Source of the DNA: Felis catus
Taxonomy: Eukaryota
NCBI RefSeq assembly: GCF_018350175.1
Contig: NC_058386.1
Location: forward strand, 22,258,001-22,322,000
Direction: 5' to 3'
DNA: 64,000 nucleotides
Shown here: positions 51,132-63,804 of the stretch, piece after piece
Layout of the letters: each line of letters begins with the position of its first letter
How positions within the stretch are numbered: the stretch's first letter is position 1
Notes under the pieces: generated by a model
The model's input: the letters and a program-made list of their open reading frames with translations, nothing else
The model's database searches: none
Told to the model about the DNA's origin: nothing
Translations under genes and position numbers: made by a program

Positions 51132-52175
51132 CGCTGGAGTCCAGCTCCAGCAGGTGCAGGGGTTCCTGAAGGAAGAATGGCGTCGGTGAAAATAAAACAA
51201 AACTAAAATAAAAAACTAAAAAATAAAAAAACTAAAATAAAAATGGACGCAGACAACCGCAGTGTGTTGAACTGGCCGATTTATTGCAGCAAACGTGGCA
51301 TTATATATGCTAGTGATTTCCTTCTAGCGTACGTCATCTATGTTTTTCTAACATTATCTAATTTTGAAAATATTCCTATGTATAAATGACCTTTAAGAAA
51401 TAACATGGTGATTTTCCCCTTATTTTCCCACATACCCTTTGATTACTGATTAATTTCTTACATTATTCCATTATGCATCTGCGTTTATCTATAATCTACA
51501 AAGCGTTTGCTTTGCCGTTCTCGTGAAAGGCCCTCCATTTCTCAACACCTCAAGTGGAACAGTTACAGGGACGTCACCTCCTAACCACATGAGACCAAGG
51601 CAAGGTGCACCACCTTGGTCCAAGGTGCCAGGAAGGGGCCAAAAACGCCTCAGAAACCCTTGCCTCACACATTCTCAGACGGTGCACCTAGGAATTAATG
51701 AACCATTCTGTAGCTTAACCGACTAGGTTCAGTCATCATCTGGAATGCCTCCGGGGGGCCAGGTGGGCCTAGGGGTTGAAGTCACCCGTGCCCAGAGATA
51801 CACTCCTTAGTTGCCAGCGTGGGGCTTTCAAATCCGTATGTCTCTCCTTTACAGGCCCTCTTTGCTGGCAAAGGCATGAGGCTATCCTTCCTGTAAGTAG
51901 AGGAGTCTCCATGGGGGATGGCAAGGGCTAGACGTAAGGCCGCACAATTTCTGGCGGAACCTTATTTTCGTCCCTAATGCTTCTTTTCCCAGGGGGCCTG
52001 CCGAGGGCCATTCCCAGACAGACAATACCCCAGGTAGTTTTAAGGCCGAATTACCTAAAAGCGGGAGTACAAGAAGGAGATGCACTGGCTGTGAAGGCAG
52101 AGTTGCAGTATGGAATATGGATGGGCTTCAGAGAGGGCAAAGAGGGAGGAGGAGGGTGGCTTTTCACCCGCCCCA
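51132..52175 (-). mobile_element. Long solo LTR, probably ERV2/betaretrovirus-like
   Basis: GC/CpG-rich block; on minus strand TATATAA (51301-51307) lies 15 nt before AATAAA (51280-51285); end gctggagctggactccagcg; TSD not found, so boundaries are approximate. Confidence 0.75.
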
Positions 52176-52379
52176 TCTCTGGAAATGTGTTAACTACCAG
52201 CATCCCCTTCCCTTTCACTTCCCAGCTTCTGGCTCACATCATGGTCTGTCTTCTCTCACTCACTTTTCAAGTACAAAGTAGAGATGAGTAGGAGAGGAGG
52301 CATCACACTGTCAAATAAAGCTATTTCTAAATTTCCTATCTACATACCCCAGGACTCGAGGGATTTATTTCTGTTAGAC

Positions 52380-52760
52380 TGTCCACATTACGGTGTCCAA
52401 TTTTGTGGTATTAATGCCATTCTGGCTTATGGTCCCATCACTCCTGAAGTTACTCTTGTAAATGTCAAGTTGACAAAATCCAACGGACACTTTTATGACA
52501 TCAATACCAGAGCGGTATTAAGTTGATCACAGCTACTGCTTCTTATGACGCTGCCCCAAAGAGCTTTTCCTTGAACTCATCTGGCCACTCCTGTATCAAT
52601 TTCTTTGACTAGTTCCACCTTCTGTGAACAAACCTGAAAATCTTTATAAATCTTGGCAGCTTTATCTTGCGAGATTTACAGTTCTGGATCTCTTTTGACT
52701 TATTTCTCTCTGTTAAGGGTGGCCAACTCTTCTGAGCTGCAACTGAGCGTTGAGTGCCTT
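52380..52760. mobile_element. Degraded L2
   Basis: ctgaagttactcttgtaaatgtc...aaatccaacggacactttt motif. Confidence 0.5.
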
Positions 52761-53149
52761 GACCTGAATGGCCTCCTGCCTAATGACATACTCCTATTTT
52801 GATGGTTAGGAGAGTCATCTACCCAGTTCCCACATTTTTATTTTTTTGGGGGGGGGGTACTCTTATTATTTGTTTTTATCCATTTTGCCATGGTTTACAC
52901 ATAAAGACTGAAAGAAACTTTTTCACATAGTATGGAAAATATATGTGGTACAATTTGGGTGGAAAATAGTGAAAATGGCTTGTAAGAATATCCTAGCTCT
53001 TTTTTCTTTACTTCCTGTAGGTCTCCTACATAATGGGTTGAGAAGTCTTTCAGAAACTATGTATCTCATGGGGGTCATTGGCTTAACAAAGAGGTCTCAT
53101 GGCTTCTTCTTGGAGAAAGAAACAGTACGTGAATATACCTGAAGTGCAA

Positions 53150-53690
53150 CATTTTTTTTCAGCCCTCAACCGGTATGTAGTTCACCACTCTAAAATGTAG
53201 TGACTTAAAAGAACATTTAGTTTGCTCAGAAATCTGTAGTGTAGGTAGGGCATGGCAAGGATGGCTTGAAGTCTCTTCCATGTGGCATCTGGAACCAGGA
53301 ATAGAGTGAAAGCACATTCCTCTGACGTCGGGTGCTTGGGCTTGGAAACACCAACAGCAAAGGGCTGAAACAGATGAGGCTTCTTTGGTTTCTTTCTCTA
53401 TCCCTAAGGGGTCTCTCCAGCACGGTAGCTTTGAAGTAGCTAGACTTTTTGGATGTCAGCTCAGGGTTCCCAAGACTTGTATCCCAAGGGAAAGGGAGTC
53501 TGGCAAAAGCTTATCTCCTTTTAGGACCTAGCTCCAGACATAATACATCATCACTTTATTCTATTCACAGAAACAGACATCCAGTCCCTTCCAGCCAATT
53601 GTCTCAGGTTCAAGGGGAGTTGAAATACACACCACCTCTTGATGGAAATGGATCAAGATTCTAGCCACTTAAGCAAAATACAATCTGTCA
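53150..53690 (-). mobile_element. MaLR LTR (MLT1F/G/H-like)
   Basis: caccactctaaaatgtagtgacttaaaa...gtctctccagcacggtag...ccacctcttgatgg. Confidence 0.8.
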
Positions 53691-55261
53691 AGTATTTGTA
53701 GCTGAGTAAATTTTTTTCTCTTGGTCCAAATAAAGTCAGGGTCACAAATAGTCACATTATATCAAACACAGTAAGTGAATGCTTACTATATTACAAATGA
53801 TATTTTGCTTGGGAAAACTGACTAGATAAATATTGCCATGCAGACTGTAGTAATATAAAATATTATCTAGAACCTCAAAATAAATACCTTGGAAATAAAG
53901 TCACTAAAGCAATCCAAGAGACATACAACAGATATTAACTTAGGTTGAGAAAAATACATTTGAAAAGGCTGCCTACCCTTTTAAAGTTCTAAATGGACCT
54001 ATCCTTTTCAGCAATTACACAGGTAGCCAGAACACTAAAAGCCCTCTTCAAATATAAAGTATAGGATCTAGAAAATGCATCACTTTCATGTCATTTATAT
54101 TTCATTTTTAATTTAAGCCTCAATCAGTCTTCCTTTCCTAATTTGACCCATCCATTTTCCACTTTCTACATTATAACACTCATTTAATAACATAATCCCT
54201 TTCGTAATAGATGGTTTTTCTAAGAGTAAAATAACTTCAATTATAAGACCGAAGGAGGGAAGGTTGAAGTTAAACGCTTCAAGTAATTCCATATTAAGTA
54301 CCTAAGAAGAGGAAATCATGAGTGCTGACACGGCAGAGCAGAGGAATAGATATCAAAGGAGAATCTTCTTTAATAATTACTGATCCCCTCACGATTTCTG
54401 TGCGAAGCTGCACCTTACTAGTTGAGACTCTACACTATCAAAACAGCCAACTGAGAAAGGAGTCATTTTATCATGTGCTTCATCTTAGGAGAATCGTTCC
54501 TATAAAGTTAGCCAAAGAGCTGTCTTGAATTAGCCTCTTCAAACATTTGACTCAAGTGAAAGTGGTACCATTTCTTCACTGATTGCTCACTCACATGCAC
54601 GTGTATTTCTCACTGCTCCCTGATGGGCTTCCTCTACTGTTCACATAACTAAAAGCATTTGGGGTTCTGTGTGTCTCATTTAATCCTAAGAGAGCTTCTA
54701 CTGATATCCAATAAAACATACAATGGAGTGCGTATGGTATCATGATCCCTTAAAAAATCATTCTCTCAGAGGCTTAACTCTCCTGGGAAGCACAAAGGAA
54801 AGGAATGTTAGAAAAAAGATAGGAGAGAGAGACAGAGACACATACATATGAGAAGACATATGATTATTCTCCTTTGTAACTCAACCAATAAAATCAGACC
54901 ACAATCTCTAATGTATTAGAGTGAACATTTTCCCATTCTCCCCATCCCAGACACTCACTTCTGAAGTGGAGAGGGTAGCAGACATTGTGAAAATGTGTCC
55001 TCTTTTGGGCACACTTAAGGTGCAATAGGCCTCAATTGCTAACAGGTTGGTTAAGTGTCTGCTCAGGAGACTCATCTTAAATCTCCTTGTATGGTTTCCT
55101 AAGAGGAATGGGAGACTTTTATAAGTAGAATGCATGAGGAATTCCACTTTGACCTCAAAATTTCTGACAACCCAGTTCTAGGGGATACAAAATAGTATCA
55201 TGCGATACCTTTATTTTAATTGCGCTAATACAACTGAGTGCAATATTCATGTCTTCATCTT

Positions 55262-55609
55262 GGAGGCCAACGTGGCAGAGAAGTAGGGGGGTCCAAAGTT
55301 CCCTCATCTCTCAAACAAAGGTGTGTTTAAGCTAAAGAACTTTGAACTCTGAGAGTCCTGGAGGAAAAGACACTGTCGCTTCCAGGGACTCACTGGGACA
55401 ACCTGATGGTCATAGATGCATGACTACGAACTGGGAAAAATAAAATGAATGGAGGGGAGGAATCCCCTTCTGTGGAGAGACAAAAGGATAAGAAAGAGTG
55501 GCTTGGGAAGCATAGGACTGTATCTGGACAAGAAAAAAAAAAAAACACGGACAGGGATGGAGAAAGAGCCAATCTCTAACTGAGTGGTATTCTCCGGACG
55601 GGAGCCAGC
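55262..55609 (+). mobile_element. Isolated L1 5'UTR-like fragment
   Basis: begins ggaggccaacgtggcagagaagtagggggg, resembling the carnivore L1 start caagatggcggagaagtagggg; flanks tgtcttcatctt/tgccctcatctt. Confidence 0.7.
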
Positions 55610-55998
55610 TGCCCTCATCTTTGTTAACTACTTTTATTATAGATCTTAAAGATAGTAGTTAAAATACCTGTAATAGATTTATAGATATTTTTATGATACA
55701 TTCTGATAAGAAGTTTTTAATATCACTATTAGAATTTATCTATACTTTTATAATTTTTCCTACATATGCATTGAAAAATTCCTCATTCTTGAATCATAAG
55801 GATAATTCACCTCTATTTTCTTCTAAATATTTTGTTTTCATTTAACATTTGAGAGATTTCTCCACCTAAAAAGGTATTTGTGTGTGTATATAATTTAAAG
55901 TACACCATGTTTTTGCTTCTTGAATGGACAGCATCATTTGTTCCTTTAATTTAGAAGACCATCTGTTCCCCACAGATCTTCCTTGGTACCTATGCTAT

Positions 55999-56003
<5 letters not shown>

Positions 56004-56047
<44 letters not shown>
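56004..56047 (+). repeat. (CA)n microsatellite
   Basis: CA run. Confidence 0.98.
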
Positions 56048-56053
<6 letters not shown>

Positions 56054-57068
56054 ATTGCTGGTATCTGTCTTTTACATTCTGTTTCAAACAAAAGTTTGTC
56101 TATAACTGCAAAAACCACACCATCTTTATTGTTAAAAGCATATATTAACGAGACTTGTTTGTTTTCTAGAACGTGTTGCCAATTCTTTGGATTTTGTTCC
56201 TGCTTAAAGATTTGTCAAAGCTCTTTCATGAAATCTATTAAAAAATTTATAATCTTCATTTGAACTGTAACTATAATGCTTCATTTGGAGCAGTGGCATC
56301 TATATGAGACATGGGTTATATCCACTTACTTGTCATCTTTTCTTTTTTAAACTAAAAAGGAAACCTTGTAGTAACATTCAGCCATCTTCTGACACTTATT
56401 AGTAGGTAACTTATACATAACACTTAGTAGGGAATCATCTTTTAACTCATATTTTTGAGCTGCTTGTTACACGACTTTCTGTTGATCACTCATATTGGTT
56501 AACTTTCTATATTCTCTTACTCAATTTTAAAAAATCCATTCTGATTTTTGAGGTATTTTACATCGACAATCATATCTCTCGCTACAAATGGTATTATTTT
56601 TTCTTCATTTCCAAGCCACAAACCATTACTTCGTTTTATTTCTGTTACTGTCCTACCTAGACCCTACTTACAATTTGAGATTAAAGAAATTGCTATGGGC
56701 ATCTGTATCTTTTTTTCCTCTTTACACGTAAGTACTACCACTATTTTATCATTAAGAATTATGTTGGCTTGTTAACTTTCCCAGATAATAATTCATTGGG
56801 GCAGAAAACAGTTTGACACTCCCTAATCCCATTTCTGGGGCACAAAGGAAAAGTACCTTTCTCAACCTTCATCAGGGTTGTGAAGGAATCCTATTAGGGA
56901 ATTTTGACCACTAGCATGTGGGAAAAAAATCAAGTACACCATTTCCAAAAATAAATCGTGACTTCCAGTCATAAAAGACTGTGGTGTATCTTCCAAAGTG
57001 CTGCTCTGTGTGTCTAAGACTGGAAGCAGGAGACACCAGACTGTTAGTGCCATAGAACAGAAGGGGCA

Positions 57069-57450
57069 CTGTGTTTCAGACCAGGTTCATCATGAAACAG
57101 TCTCTGAGGTTGAGATGAACGTGCAGGCTTACTGGTGTACTCTTAAGAAAAGATCTATAGCAGGGACAAGGAGAAGTTGAGAACAAAGGAGTCTCAATGG
57201 AGGCTTCCACTAATGCTAAGAAGCACTGTAAGTGAGCCCACTCTTCAGCTGTCCTAGCCCTTGTATCCACATGTCAATCAGTCTTTGGATGCAGGTGACC
57301 CCCAAAATGGGCATGCTCTTGGGCACGGCACTTAATTAGCTGATGCAATCCCAAAAGAGAATGACAACTTATACCTTTGTAGTAGTAGCACAGCCTCTGG
57401 GCGAACAGGCTTTTTATTGTTTAAGGTGACTAACAGGTGGATCACACTGT
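57069..57450 (-). mobile_element. ERVL LTR (LTR33-like)
   Basis: tgtgtttcagaccaggttc...aacagtctctgaggttgaga...aatcagtctttggatgcagg. Confidence 0.55.
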
Positions 57451-59079
57451 CTATCTGCTTCAGAGAGAGCTGTCGAAAGCACAGGAAACTCCGACTAGAG
57501 TGAATACCAAAAATATAAATAATCACCTTCAACTCCAGAGATGCAGGACTTCATCCACTTCTATAGCCGGGGTTCCTTCCCTTACCTAGTACATCAGTTC
57601 AATGAAGTTTTCTTCTATTCCCTCTTGGCTAAGAAGTTTTAAAACGATGAATGGTATTGACTTGAAGAGAAAGTGTGTTCAGCTACTATTATGTGGTCTT
57701 TTCCTTAAATCAGACTGCGCAATTGCTGTTCCAATGTTCAACAACTCTTAGGCTACTTGTTTGAACTCAGACTGACTAGTGGGTGTTATTTGTATGCATA
57801 ACTAGATGTGATGTATTTATATTTTATTTAGGTAATATTAGTTTTATAGACTGAGGTCATTATTATTCTTATTTGCCTATACTCTGGAGATTTTACAGAA
57901 GACTCCAAGTATCTTTAAGTTAAAAATGGAGAAACAATTGTCCATAATTTGGGGCTTGGTGCTTTCTTTCTGGAAAAAAAAAACAAGACTATTCAACTTC
58001 TCTAAGGACTACAAGATACTTGGGGTTTTTTTTATGGTTCCTTGAGGTGATACTTTCAAGATTTTAAAAATTTACAAGCTTACATTTTCTTATTTTTAAA
58101 AATGTGGGATTTTTTTGGTGGTCTCTCATCACATACTCAGTTTTTACTCCTATGTTGTATTTTGAAAAATATTTAATACAGAGCTATTTGATATTCTTCA
58201 CCAGATGATTCCAACATTTCAAGTTCTTGGGGGTCTAAATCTGTCATGTACTGCTTCCCCTGATTCTATGTCACTGCGGCTTGTTTCTCTATTTTTGTTG
58301 ACATTTGCTTATGAGGTTATCCATGGTTGAATGTCATGATAGGAACCAAAATACAGATTCAAAGGCCAGAACCAGACTGGGAGATTGTCTCCTTCTCTGA
58401 GCATGTTTGCCTAGCATGGAATCTCAGGTTCTGTTCCTCTACTCTGTGGAGGACCCAAGGCTCAAACTTGTATTCTTAGCACAGCATGATCATAGATTGA
58501 CAGTTTGTTTTCAGTACACTACCCCCTCCCTTTTTACTCTCTTTCCCATTAGAACCCCCCTTACTTTTTTTCAAATCAGCCGCAGAGTAGGTGATACATT
58601 TGGCACAAAATTTTATAAACTGTGAAAGGAAAGTAAATCTATGAGGACATCAGAAATTCATTAATGACCATTTCCCTATTTCTAGGCCAGAAACAAATAA
58701 TAGAGAAGGCCAAACAGAAAGACTATGAATTAAATAATATGGGACTACTAAGACACCCTCATTGCTGCCACCACCACTGCTCTAACTTCCAACTCTTTAA
58801 CTATGTAAGTCCACATGCTATTCAAACATTTGCTGGAGTCTCCCAGATCTTATTAAATAATGACAATAAAGGAAGGGACTTTCCCTTCTCCTTCACCTTA
58901 TGGGCCATTTACCCTTTCCCTTCCCCTTCCTTTTCACATCAATTCAGTTCTAAAGCTATTAGGTTGCTTTACACAAAGTCTGGTTAGTAAGGAGGTCTGT
59001 AAAGGCATAAGCAGTCAACGTCCAAGCAGACTGATACGGCTACCGATCCACAGAAGGGAAAGAGGCCTGGAAGAAGGGG

Positions 59080-60720
59080 CCAAGTCCTGAGCAGAGTGCG
59101 AATGGCAAGTCAGCAGCGTCAGAGCCCACGTGGGGTAAGAAGTTTCAGAACTAGAGTAAAGAGGTCCTCCTGTGTGTGGATACAGCCAAGTGTCAGAGCC
59201 CAAGCAGGGTGAGGAGGGAACCCACAGAGTGGATGGCCCTGTGCAGCCTTTGAGACCAAGAGAAGGAAGGCAAGTCTTCAAGGAAGTAAAGTTTGGAATG
59301 GATTCCAGATGCCAAGTGGGGTGAAGGTCATATTCGTGGGTATGGGAGTCCAGCATGGGAAGTCAGAGACTAAGTAGAGTGAAGAAGGTGTCAATATATC
59401 GAGCCTATGTGTGTATCAGAGCCTGACTACAGTGAAGGGGGCATCCTTGTGGGGAAGGCCTGGTGTGACCAGTCAGAAAAGAGGTAGAGCGAGGAGGGCA
59501 ACTACGTACGTGGGTGACAGCAGCAGTGGTGGCATACTGGTTATATACAGGAAATCTTATCAGGTACCAAATATATTAACGTTAATGGGAGCCAAGATTC
59601 TCAGTGGTGGAGAAACAATTTACAAATATGAAAAGAGGGAAAAATAGAAAGGGTCTTAGGATTTTGTAATATGTTTGTGTGGATGTATACCTTATATATG
59701 TGTGCCATATACACACATTTATACATCATATATGAGATATATATTTCATACATGTTCATACATAAGATAAACATTTCATATATTAATAAATATAATACAT
59801 ACAGGACATATACCTTAGGGCAGTGACACACACAAGAGCACCAAACTATTGGCAACCACATCTTGGTTTCTAAATACCAGTCTCTACTAGAAGAAGCCAA
59901 GGATTTGGAAGATGGATGATTCAGAGACTGGGGCAGAGAAAATACGAGATGTACTTGGAATATTCTGTTGCATCAGGTAACAAGAAAGTGGTCCAAGAGT
60001 GACCGTGCAAGACAAAAGGATACAAGTTACATACGCTTCTAATAGCCAAAACTGAGATCAAGATAAATAATGATAATAGTGGACAGGACATTTAATACAA
60101 TTGTAAATCGTGTCTATGTTGAAATCACCCAATAAATAAACAAGGTATTTAAATAATTTCAAAGTACTTTGCCCAACAAATACTTAGTAATTCAACAGAA
60201 GAGTTGATTTTCCAGTGCCTCGAAAGTGACATTTTTCTCAAGAAAACAAAGTGAACATTATCAGTAATAAGTCAAATCAAAATTGCTCCTTTCCTAGAAG
60301 AAGTATTGAGAATACCACAGCATCCCTTCCTACCTTGAATATAATTCTAAGGAAATGTCAGACAAACCCAAATTGAAGGAAATTCTCCAAAGTAAGTGGC
60401 CTATAATCCTCAAAATTGTTAAGTATCATGAAAGGCACAGACTGAAGAACAATTTCAGACCGACAGAAACCAAGAAGATAAATTACTGTAATATCTTATT
60501 CTGAACTAAATCATCTTGTTATAAAGAACATCATTGGGAAAATTATTCTATGAATAGGATTTGAAATCAGATAGTGGTCATCTAATAATGTTAATGTTTC
60601 GGCTTTAAAACAAGGGCATCCCCTAAGTCACTTACGTAGAAGCAGAAAGTAAACATTTTGGAGGGGTTAGGGCATCAAGGTAGCAACCTATGCTCTCATA
60701 GCTCAGGATGAAAAAAAAAT
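59080..60720 (+). mobile_element. L1MC3/L1MC4-like long 3'UTR
   Basis: degenerate gtcagagcccaagcagggtgaggaggg repeats; ggtttctaaataccagtctctactag; gtcagacaaacccaaattgaagga. Confidence 0.75.
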
Positions 60721-60722
60721 TA

Positions 60723-60915
60723 GGGTGCCTGGGTAGCTCAGTAGGTTAAGTGTGTGACTGGATTTGGCTCAGGTCATGATCTCACAGTTGGTGAGTTCAA
60801 GCCCTGCGTCAGGCTCTACACTGACAGTGCGGAGCCTGCTTAAGATACTCTCTCTTCCTCTCTGTCCTGCCCCATTCCCTCTCTCCCTCTCTCAAATTAA
60901 ATAAACTTTAAAAAT
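60723..60915 (+). mobile_element. CAN-SINE
   Basis: gggtgcctgggtagctcagtaggttaag head; gagttcaagccc B-box. Confidence 0.95.
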
Positions 60916-60940
60916 ACAACAAAACAAAATGAAAAAAATA

Positions 60941-61122
60941 TTTTTTAACATTAATTTTTGAGAGAGACACAATATGAGCGGGGGGGGGGGGGGCAGAGAT
61001 TTCAGGCTTCAGGCTCTGAGCTGTCAGCACAGAGCCCAACATGGGGCTTGCCTTACGAACTGTGGTATCATGACCTGAGCCAAAGTCCGACACTTTACTG
61101 ACTGAGCCACCCAAGCACCCCC
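60941..61122 (-). mobile_element. CAN-SINE
   Basis: ends ...gagccacccaagcacccc; flanks share aaatgaaaaaaa. Confidence 0.94.
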
Positions 61123-62018
61123 AAATGAAAAAAAAATACGTTAATTAAATCTCATTTTTGACTTTACATTTATTATATATATATACACACACACACAGAA
61201 AGCATACCATATGGTATTATATCATACAGTTATGATATGTACCTGTATATATAGTCTTGTATGATATGTACTTGTATATATGTAGTCAAACCAACTTATC
61301 TATATTAAAAGTTATGCACAATGGACAACTTTTAATTTTTTTAATTAAAGCAATTTAATACTTCTTTAAAAATATTTCATTATTTGGGAAAAATAAATTT
61401 AGCTCCTTTATTTTAATGAAAATAAGCATCACTTGTATGTATAAAATACTTTAAAACTGGAACACTAAAAGACCCAAGTTCTATTATCTTTCAATATACT
61501 GAGCTAATGTAGACTTGACAAATAGAGAAAGGCTTTTACTATTTCAGTAAACAGCATGATCACGGAAGAAGTTTTATCTTTAAAGGAAGCAAGTTGGTAG
61601 TAATTAAACATGTACATTAGATGAATAATACAGTTCCTTTTAAGAGAGGGTCTTCATTTGTAACACTTGCTTAGATGCTAATGTGTAATTTAAATTCTTG
61701 GGGGATTTTCAAATAAGGCAGGATAGTAGTACACAGATAAATACTCTCATCCTAAAATTAAAAACAAAACTCACACAACTTCATGAAGAGAAACCACCTC
61801 CAAAGCAAAAGGTTAACATTTAACGTGAGGAAACAAAAACGTTAATCTCAAAGTTTCCAATAGATTAGATACAATAGCAGTTTTTCAACAGGATGATAAG
61901 GGCATTACAACACTAATTATCTTTGTGACATCATCCTTTTTAATAGAAAATTTCACGTGGTTAACTTTAGTTTTGTTTTTTTTAAACATGCTGTCCCCTT
62001 TGGTTCACATTAGACAGG

Positions 62019-62278
62019 TTATTTTTTATTTTTTTATTTATTTATTTTTTTATTTTTTTTAAATTTTTTTTTCAACGTTTTTTATTTATTTTTGGGACAG
62101 AGAGAGACAGAGCATGAACGGGGCAGGGGCAGAGACAGAGGGAGACACAGAATCAGAAGCAGGCTCCAGGCTCCGAGCCATCAGCCCAGAGCCTGATGTG
62201 GGGCTCGAACTCACGGACCGCGAGATTGTGACCTGGCTGAAGTCGGACGCTCAACCGACTGCGCCACCCAGGCGCCCC
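62019..62278 (-). mobile_element. Young felid SINEC with long T-rich tail
   Basis: CpG-rich near-consensus body; ends ...gactgcgccacccaggcgcccc. Confidence 0.97.
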
Positions 62279-62754
62279 TTTATTTTAATGTACTAGATGG
62301 GTTATAAATAATAATCTGCACGCATCCATATTTTATCCTTTAAAATAATAATGTCATTTAAGTGGGGGATCTTAAACATAATAAAAATATATTGAAATCA
62401 GGAACATTAAGACTTTTTTAAATGAGCTTTTTCATTTTCTTTTGTATTATTGTCACAGAAACTATGGGCTGCTTCTTGGGAGAAAGGGTACATGAACATC
62501 CAGTAAGCTCTTATCTGCTTCCTGACCATTTTCACTTTGTCCATTAACGCATTTATATCCGCAACCATTTTTTTCCCAAATTGATTTATGCCCCATTGAA
62601 TTATATATGAATAATCACGTGGTTAAGACCTTCTCATGTATATTTTCTCTCTCCCTTTAAAGGTTCATATTTGAGTCAAGTACATTTTGAATATTCAGGC
62701 ATATGCATAAAAGTTTGCATGTTTCCTCTTAATCCCAGCTAATTGAGATAATAT

Positions 62755-62972
62755 CTTTATATTTTTGTTGTTGTTTATTTTTGAGAAAAAGAGAGAGAGA
62801 CAGGATGTGAATGGGGGGAGGGGCAGAAAGAGAGAGAGACACAGAGTCCCAAGGAGGCTCCAGGCTCCCAACTGTCAGCACAGAGCCTGATGGAGGGCTG
62901 GAACTCACTAACTGTGAGATCATGACCTTATCCCAAGTCTGATGCTTAATGACTAAGCCACCCAGGTACCCC
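62755..62972 (-). mobile_element. CAN-SINE
   Basis: ends ...gactaagccacccaggtacccc. Confidence 0.95.
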
Positions 62973-63356
62973 ACATCCTTGCATTAAGATCTGAGATTTG
63001 CTCAGAACTCTCTACAACCCTACTTATAAATACAATAAAAATTGGAGAGTTTTTGGAATATATTTTTGGTTGTTAAAGCTCTGCCTGGGACACCAGTTAG
63101 TCTGATTACAACCTATAAAGAATTGCAAAGAGTACACACATACTTTCGCCTAGTTACTATCACAAGCTTCTCTGGGCAAAAGATAAATAGTTCCAACAGT
63201 GAGATCGTGTATCTCCTGCCTTCCCAGACAATATGTTTTATAAACCCAACCATACCTCCTGCAACTGGGAATACTGTGATGGAAGGGAAAATAAATTGGT
63301 GGAAGAGAAAAGGTCAGATCCAGCCTAAAAAATCATGTGATACCCCCTTTTCTCAC

Positions 63357-63800
63357 ATTTAGTTGTACTGGCTTCCACGTACAATGGAGCCTGTCAATAA
63401 GATACCCTAATAGCTTGCTTAACAAATGGTGTCCATTTTTAACACACCTGATTTCCAGAATCTAGAATTTAGGACTAGTGGTGAAGGCATAACAGGGGTG
63501 TGCAGTGGGAGGGGTCCCAATTTCTAATCACAAAGTTCCTCCCTGGCCATTTTTCTACACAATTTTTACTGGGTCTAACAGATGGTGACAGGAAGCTACT
63601 CTTGGTATGTTGTTACGATCATCCTGTGTAGGATGGCTTCTCTGTGCCTAACAGTCGTTCCCTGAAGAGCTGGGGATGGAAAATATTCCCATAAGCAAAA
63701 TATTCCCCGAAAATAATCCCCTGGCTTTATTACAGTGTCATGTGAGGATACACATTTGTCCCCAAGTACATAGGTTTCCTCCTCCCGACTTGCCACCTGG
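63357..63800 (-). mobile_element. Old MaLR LTR (MLT1J/K-like)
   Basis: aataagataccctaatagcttgcttaacaaat motif; highly diverged. Confidence 0.4.
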
Positions 63801-63804
63801 TTTC

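Larger units (their letters stand above)
55680..58330 (-). mobile_element. Fragmented very old L1 (L1ME-like), antisense
   Basis: T-rich; acaatcatatctctcgctacaaatggtattatttttt, ctattccctcttggctaagaagtttt motifs. Confidence 0.5.

Noticed and set aside
51116-52180. agagat/atctct inverted flanks around the long LTR
   Set aside because: Retroviral TSDs are direct repeats; a 6-bp inverted match is probably chance.
55624-55662. 9-bp inverted repeat ttaactact/agtagttaa
   Set aside because: Short and AT-rich; within chance expectation.
59080-59520. Degenerate spaced repeats (gtcagagccc...gtgaggaggg) resembling a repeat-spacer array
   Set aside because: Contiguous with, and as I recall characteristic of, the L1MC3/4-type 3'UTR.
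61204-61287. 14-bp palindrome ataccatatggtat and a 29-bp tandem duplication
   Set aside because: Within TA-rich low-complexity sequence, where such patterns are expected.
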